Shown here: piece after piece, positions 43,652 to 47,921 of the stretch
Numbering within the stretch: the first letter of the stretch is position 1
Layout of the letters: every line of letters begins with the position of its first letter
IMG/VR virus record: IMGVR_UViG_3300045988_102864
Length of the DNA stretch: 47,921 bases
DNA from: a virus
Reading direction: 5' to 3' (one strand)
Made by a program: the position numbers and the translations under genes
Notes under the pieces: generated by a model
The model's database searches: none
What the model was told of the DNA's origin: nothing
What the model saw: only the letters and a program-made list of their open reading frames with translations

Positions 43652-43939
43652 ATGAAATACTACGCACAAATGATAATCTCTACAGCTAGCTACAGTCAAT
43701 ATCTCGACCAGCCCGAGGAAATCGAGAGAAAGGAATTTACTCAACGTAACGTCAACGACTGGTGTGAGAGCTACATTGTTGACAACTACGGCAACGACGC
43801 GGACGAGCAGAGAGAGCACGGCGCGCCCGTCCTCGGAGACCTCGGATTTATCCTCACCGACGAGGACGGGGAAGAAATAGAAACTCTCTATTACCGTGAG
43901 CACCGCGCCGATTATCACGGCTCACACAAAACCCACTAA
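43652..43939 (+). CDS. Small acidic protein
   Basis: 95 aa. D+E clearly exceed K+R by eye. Confidence 0.5.
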   Translation: MKYYAQMIISTASYSQYLDQPEEIERKEFTQRNVNDWCESYIVDNYGNDADEQREHGAPVLGDLGFILTDEDGEEIETLYYREHRADYHGSHKTH

Positions 43940-44031
43940 GCAGAGTGGCGGGGGGAAAACCCCGTTAATGCGGTCTGGCAGACGGTCACAAACCCCGACA
44001 GCCGAAAGCGAAGCAAAGAAAGGAATCAATC

Positions 44032-44832
44032 ATGACAAACTACGAAATCAGAGAAAATCCCCAGTTTAACAGTCGCGAGGTTTATTTCGACGGCAAGCCG
44101 TCCCGCGCAACTCTCGACGCGCTGAAAGCTCTCAAGATGAGATGGAATCATGTTAAGGCGTGCTGGTACGGCTTTGCGCAGGAATGCGACCTTATCAACG
44201 CCATCATCACCAACGACAGAGACGGCGAGGACATCACCGGAGAAAAGACGGAGGGCGCGACGGTCTACACAGATGGCTACCTCGGCGGCGGCGCGATCTA
44301 CGGCTCAAAGTCCGATAAACACCTCTACGGCGCGGACTTATCAAAAGCAATCAGAGAGGATATCAAAGCGGCGGGCATTAAGGGCGCGTCCGTGCGCTGT
44401 AAAACTTACAGCGGCGGGCAGTCAATCACTGTCACGCTTTCCCTCCCCGCGTCCGCGTACGTCACAAAGGAACAGTTCGCCGCCGATTATCATATTCCCA
44501 CGTCCGCAAGCTGGATTTACTACGAGGACGAGGACGGGAAAAGCCAAACAATACACATTGAGAAATACTACAGCCGCGAGATATCAGCCGAGGAACAGGA
44601 GAAAATCAGAATCAGCGCGGCAGCCTCGGAATACCATCGCGAAGCCGAAAGCGAAAACGACTTGAATGTTTACCACCTCGACAAATATAAAGTGTACACC
44701 CCAGAAACGATGAAAATCATTGAGAGAGTGAACTCAATCATCGCGGCATACCGCTATGACGAATCAAACGCCATGGTGGACTATTTTGATACAAACTTTT
44801 ATTATGACATCCACACAAAACCGATTTCATGA
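44032..44832 (+). CDS. Plasmid/ICE-type accessory protein (polyvalent-protein-associated-like N-domain)
   Basis: YEIRENPQFNSREVYFDGKPSRATLDALKALKMRWNHVKACWYGF matches my recollection of a module common in conjugative-element and phage accessory proteins. Unverified. Confidence 0.55.
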   Translation: MTNYEIRENPQFNSREVYFDGKPSRATLDALKALKMRWNHVKACWYGFAQECDLINAIITNDRDGEDITGEKTEGATVYTDGYLGGGAIYGSKSDKHLYGADLSKAIREDIKAAGIKGASVRCKTYSGGQSITVTLSLPASAYVTKEQFAADYHIPTSASWIYYEDEDGKSQTIHIEKYYSREISAEEQEKIRISAAASEYHREAESENDLNVYHLDKYKVYTPETMKIIERVNSIIAAYRYDESNAMVDYFDTNFYYDIHTKPIS

Positions 44833-44932
44833 TAAAAGTTATCCCGCTTCGGCGGGAATCGTCAGCCGGTAAAAGTCCGGCTCTGAAGAGCAAGAGCGAA
44901 ACGAAAAGCAATGGAAAAGGAACAAAAAAACA

Positions 44933-45190
44933 ATGAAAAGAATCACATCACTCGTCCTCATCATCCTGTTGGGAATAGTCTCCTGCTCCCCCATCAAGCA
45001 GGAGCGTTACCAAAGCGGCACATATACCGCCATCAATAGCGGCTGTGGCTACATCATCACCGACGACGGCAACGTATGGGGGTATTTCGACCGGTCAATC
45101 CCCAGCGGCTCTTCCGTCCTCGTCGCCTTTTCCGACGAGGGCACGGAAGAAATCGAAGACGACGTAATCACAAACATCGTCGAAAAATAA
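44933..45190 (+). CDS. Small lipoprotein (candidate superinfection exclusion)
   Basis: Signal peptide plus lipobox LGIVSC. 85 aa. Confidence 0.65.
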   Translation: MKRITSLVLIILLGIVSCSPIKQERYQSGTYTAINSGCGYIITDDGNVWGYFDRSIPSGSSVLVAFSDEGTEEIEDDVITNIVEK

Positions 45191-45224
45191 ATCAAAAAAA
45201 TCAAAAAAAATTTCCCAAAACCCA

Positions 45225-45253
45225 TTGACAAATGCGCCAATGGGTGGTATAAT
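45225..45253 (+). promoter_or_regulatory. Consensus promoter
   Basis: TTGACA, 17 nt, TATAAT, with TGG upstream of the -10. Confidence 0.65.
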
Positions 45254-45304
45254 ATAATTACAGCAAGGGAATAAAACAAAAAACAAAATCAAAGGAGAAT
45301 CAAA

Positions 45305-45877
45305 ATGAAAATTACACTTTACGAAATCCACGACAACAGAATCGCCACTAAGGCTCACGACATCGCCGGCGAGGCAACATATTACACTTTTGCCAAAGAT
45401 GAGGCGGAAACGCTCGAGTTCAACGCAATCGAGCATGATAAAATAGAACCGAAATCAAAATACTACCCAGGAGCAATCGGCGATATTAAAAGCGAATACG
45501 ATGATGTCGGCGATTTAGCGAATGCGATCCTCACCGATTCTGAAGCTATTAAGAATCCGTGGTCATGCATTGAATATACACAAATTAACGCCGGAAATAC
45601 AAATAGAATTGCACTTTTTAAATTTGCCAGAAATTATTGCAGAAAAATCCACGAGTTAATGCTCGAAACAATAGCAAACAATTATGGCTATGGCGAGAGC
45701 AACATTGACGCCCTCGAAAATCTTGTGAAAGTAGACAAGAGTAGAACGATGTGTCTTTTGCCTTTTGGCGAAGGGCAGGAAAGAATTGAGGCTTCGCGAT
45801 ATGTTTTCCCGAATGAAAATCCTTGCAAAATATATCTTTATGAACTATTAGCGGCAATTCGCAAAAAAATACAATAA
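45305..45877 (+). CDS. Hypothetical protein (190 aa), AT-richer moron with its own promoter
   Basis: Good SD (AAAGGAG). No motif recognised. Confidence 0.55.
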   Translation: MKITLYEIHDNRIATKAHDIAGEATYYTFAKDEAETLEFNAIEHDKIEPKSKYYPGAIGDIKSEYDDVGDLANAILTDSEAIKNPWSCIEYTQINAGNTNRIALFKFARNYCRKIHELMLETIANNYGYGESNIDALENLVKVDKSRTMCLLPFGEGQERIEASRYVFPNENPCKIYLYELLAAIRKKIQ

Positions 45878-45931
45878 ACACTTGACAAATTTGTTTAAAT
45901 TGATAAAGGAAAAACGAAAGGAAAAACGAAA

Positions 45932-46552
45932 ATGAAGAACATCATTCTTGCCCTTGTCGAGACATTCGACCGTCACGACAACAACGATCAGAAATATTAC
46001 TACTCAGCCGCCGAGGCTCTTTCAGATGCGCGCGAAATGGCACGCGAAAAAGACCCGAAAGTCAAAGATGGCTACGTACAGGCATGGGAAATTCCCTTTG
46101 CCGACGACGTCGAAATTCCGAAGAACCCCGAAAACCTCTTCTTCGATTATCGCTGGAACGGCGAAATCGTTGAAGACCTCACTGACGAGGACGAAGACGG
46201 AACAAATCTCGCTGAAATTCTCGACGACATCCACCCCATTTTCTGCCGCTCCTTCGACGAGCTGGCGAAGGAAATCGTAGTCGACGGCGGAAAGTACATC
46301 ACCGCCGAAGAAGCGATTGAGAAATACGGCTTTGAGAAAGTGGCAAACGCCGCAGTCGAAGCCGTACGCCACGGATACGAAACTGACGTTTTTGAAAAGC
46401 TGGCGGAAGTTTCCGACGGCGAAGACGACGACATTAACGGCTACAAAAACTGCATTGCCAGACTTGCCGGCGCGAAGTACTCCAAGCAGTTTTATGTTGA
46501 TATAATAGAAGACTTAGCGAGCGAATGTCTCAACAAGTGCTTCGAACTTTAA
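45932..46552 (+). CDS. Strongly acidic protein (206 aa)
   Basis: Runs such as DLTDEDEDG and SDGEDDDING. D+E make up roughly a quarter of residues by eye. Confidence 0.55.
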   Translation: MKNIILALVETFDRHDNNDQKYYYSAAEALSDAREMAREKDPKVKDGYVQAWEIPFADDVEIPKNPENLFFDYRWNGEIVEDLTDEDEDGTNLAEILDDIHPIFCRSFDELAKEIVVDGGKYITAEEAIEKYGFEKVANAAVEAVRHGYETDVFEKLAEVSDGEDDDINGYKNCIARLAGAKYSKQFYVDIIEDLASECLNKCFEL

Positions 46553-46691
46553 GAACTTTTTTGAAAGACATCAAACGCGGAAAAGTTGAGTGTGATGGCT
46601 TTAAAAACCCCGCAACACTCGACTTTGACAACGCCGAGAACGAGCGAATAACGGAAATCAACGAATGAATCACGAAAGGAGATGAATAATC

Positions 46692-47051
46692 ATGTTATTA
46701 TCAGATTTCCACCGCCTCCGCATCGCCGCGGAGGATTGCTCATCGCTTGATGAGTACATCGCCGAGGAAGGCGGCAGCCTGCCGGAGGAATGCTATTCCG
46801 CCGACGGAAGCGGAGACGCTCCGATCAAAATTTTAACAATCATCTGGGAGCTGGCGCACGATTTTCGCGCATCAAAAGTCCGCGCCGTCAGCGGCATGAC
46901 GCAAGCGGAATTTGTCCGCGAATACTGCATCCCGAGAAGAACCATCGAGCATTGGGATGTGGACGAAAGAACGCCGCCGCCCTACGTTCTCGAGCTGCTG
47001 GCGGCGGATGTTGTGTCGGCGAAAATTAAGGAGGTGATGGAAGAAAACTGA
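46692..47051 (+). CDS. Protein with a C-terminal XRE-like HTH
   Basis: SGMTQAEFVREYCIPRRTIEHWDVDERTPPPYVLELL. Confidence 0.6.
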   Translation: MLLSDFHRLRIAAEDCSSLDEYIAEEGGSLPEECYSADGSGDAPIKILTIIWELAHDFRASKVRAVSGMTQAEFVREYCIPRRTIEHWDVDERTPPPYVLELLAADVVSAKIKEVMEEN

Positions 47052-47100
47052 AAAACAGAATGGCAACGGATTTGCGAAGCTACGCGGGGACTAGTAATGC

Positions 47101-47196
47101 ATGGAAAAGCAAAGGAATAGCACTGCAATCAACAGATGGAAAAGCAAAGGATAAGCAAGGTGCTGATTCGCTCAGTGTGCCAAGAAAAGCAAAGGC
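47101..47196 (+). repeat. Direct repeats atggaaaagcaaagga (47101, 47136) and a degenerate third copy (47182) in a 253-bp purine-rich leader
   Basis: Spacings of 35 and 46 bp are not multiples of 3, so the motif falls in different frames of the only open frame (47060..47215, no SD). Confidence 0.8.
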
Positions 47197-47304
47197 ATTG
47201 CGACGAAGAGCTTAGCGTGGACCAGAAACGAAAAGGAAATGCACTGCATTGCATCCAAAAGAAGGAAATGTGGTGAAAAGGAAAAGAAAGGAAAGGAATA
47301 AAAA

Positions 47305-47907
47305 ATGGCAGATTTTGTAGCAAAAGAGTTAAAAGTTCGCTTGACGTTTGTCGAGGAGGTGTTAGGCTCTTCCCCGTCGAGCGAGAAGATTTACAGCGAA
47401 TACATAGCAAGCAAAGCACCCGACCCGCTCGATACGGAAGACGAGATTGAAGCAATCGGCTCCGAAGAAGACAACAAAGGCGTGACAGTTTTTCCGAAGC
47501 AGGACGGGAAACCCGGCGTTTGGGATTACCAAATCAAAGGCGCGTTCAAGGACGCCTGCGGTGGTCTCTCCCGCGTAAAAACGACGGAATCCGCTAAAAT
47601 CAAGGCTTATAAAAAAGTCATTGATAAGCTGATTTTCGTCGAGCCGCGTTTCGCACCGTACACGGTCAACGGTGAGATTGGCATATGCGAGCGACCGCTG
47701 AGAACCAACGGTGCGACAGGCGAAAGAACAGCACTCGCCGCATCGGAAACACTTCCCGCCGGTTCTTCCGTCGAGTTCACAATTCTGCTGTTCGACGAAA
47801 AATTGGAGCCGGCAGTACGCGAATGGCTTGATTACGGCAAATACAGCGGTTTCGGTCAGTGGCGAAATTCCGGAAAAGGCAGATATACCTGGGAAGAAAT
47901 CGTATAA
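47305..47907 (+). CDS. Protein with RAMP-like motifs (function unknown); it crosses the circular junction
   Basis: VWDYQIKGAFKDACGG (h-x-x-x-h-KG-h-h-basic) and C-terminal GFGQWRNSGKGRY (GhGxxxxxGxG). 200 aa. Confidence 0.65.
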   Translation: MADFVAKELKVRLTFVEEVLGSSPSSEKIYSEYIASKAPDPLDTEDEIEAIGSEEDNKGVTVFPKQDGKPGVWDYQIKGAFKDACGGLSRVKTTESAKIKAYKKVIDKLIFVEPRFAPYTVNGEIGICERPLRTNGATGERTALAASETLPAGSSVEFTILLFDEKLEPAVREWLDYGKYSGFGQWRNSGKGRYTWEEIV

Positions 47908-47921
47908 AGTCCAAAAAAAAG
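47823..47921. repeat. Second copy of the 99-bp terminal repeat
   Basis: Identical to 1..99. Confidence 0.95.

Noticed and set aside
44150-44665. 171-aa alternative-frame ORF inside 44032..44832
   Set aside because: Its Arg/Ser/Thr/Ala/Pro-rich composition is typical of an off-frame read of a GC-rich gene. The overlapping frame has a recognisable domain and a proper SD.
45882-45910. Third consensus promoter upstream of 45932
   Set aside because: TTGACA is present, but no acceptable -10 lies at 16-18 nt spacing.
47129-47455. 108-aa minus-strand ORF across the leader and the start of 47305..47907
   Set aside because: It is the antisense of a purine-rich tract (Ser/Leu/Phe-rich product) with no SD, and it overlaps a better plus-strand gene.
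1-47921. Integrase/attP, transposase or IS element
   Set aside because: No ORF shows tyrosine- or serine-recombinase or DDE motifs by eye. The only tRNA-like sequences lie next to the plasmid replicon with no recombinase. This absence needs confirmation by profile search.

Overview
The window is a complete phage genome. Its first 99 bp (1..99) are identical to its last 99 bp (47823..47921), so the unit length is 47,822 bp and the molecule is circular or terminally redundant.

The layout is that of a temperate siphovirus:
- A cI-like repressor sits beside back-to-back consensus promoters (1.2-1.8 kb).
- A plus-strand early/recombination/replication module runs 1.8-13.7 kb: PD-(D/E)XK exonuclease, single-strand annealing protein (SSAP), ERCC4 nuclease, replication-organiser-like protein, dUTPase, RusA-like resolvase, SSB.
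- A minus-strand late operon runs 43.0 to 20.2 kb: TerS, dead RNase H-like protein, TerL, portal, gp7-like head morphogenesis protein, scaffold, decoration protein, gpE-type capsid, connectors, major tail protein, chaperone pair with a -1 frameshift, tape measure, a 1350-aa tail protein, fibres, M23 endolysin, holin.

I found no integrase, recombinase or transposase. The genome instead carries a plasmid-type Rep_3 initiator with six 22-bp iterons and an AT-rich stretch (14.7-16.4 kb), so I read it as a phage-plasmid. The host is probably a Gram-positive anaerobe (Clostridia-like), but that is a guess.

Features the ORF track does not explain:
1. An ORF-less, T4-td-like group I intron (about 18720..19131, minus strand) splits a Gly/Asn/Cys-rich cargo gene. 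Its 35-codon first exon is too short to appear in the ORF track.
2. A five-gene cargo operon (16.9-20.0 kb) of Tyr/Gln/Pro-, Gly/Asn-, Cys- and Arg/Asp/Tyr-rich proteins has its own palindrome-embedded promoter.
3. Two tRNA-derived cloverleaf-like elements with defective anticodon arms lie downstream of the rep operon.
4. An RNase HI homologue with all three core carboxylates substituted lies between terS and terL.
5. A 200-aa protein with RAMP-like motifs spans the circular junction.
6. There are purine-rich, T-depleted non-coding tracts.
7. A plus-strand accessory island (43.5-47.1 kb) has individually promoted genes.

I found no rRNA, no CRISPR array and no canonical tRNA. All family assignments come from motif recognition by eye. 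No searches were run.
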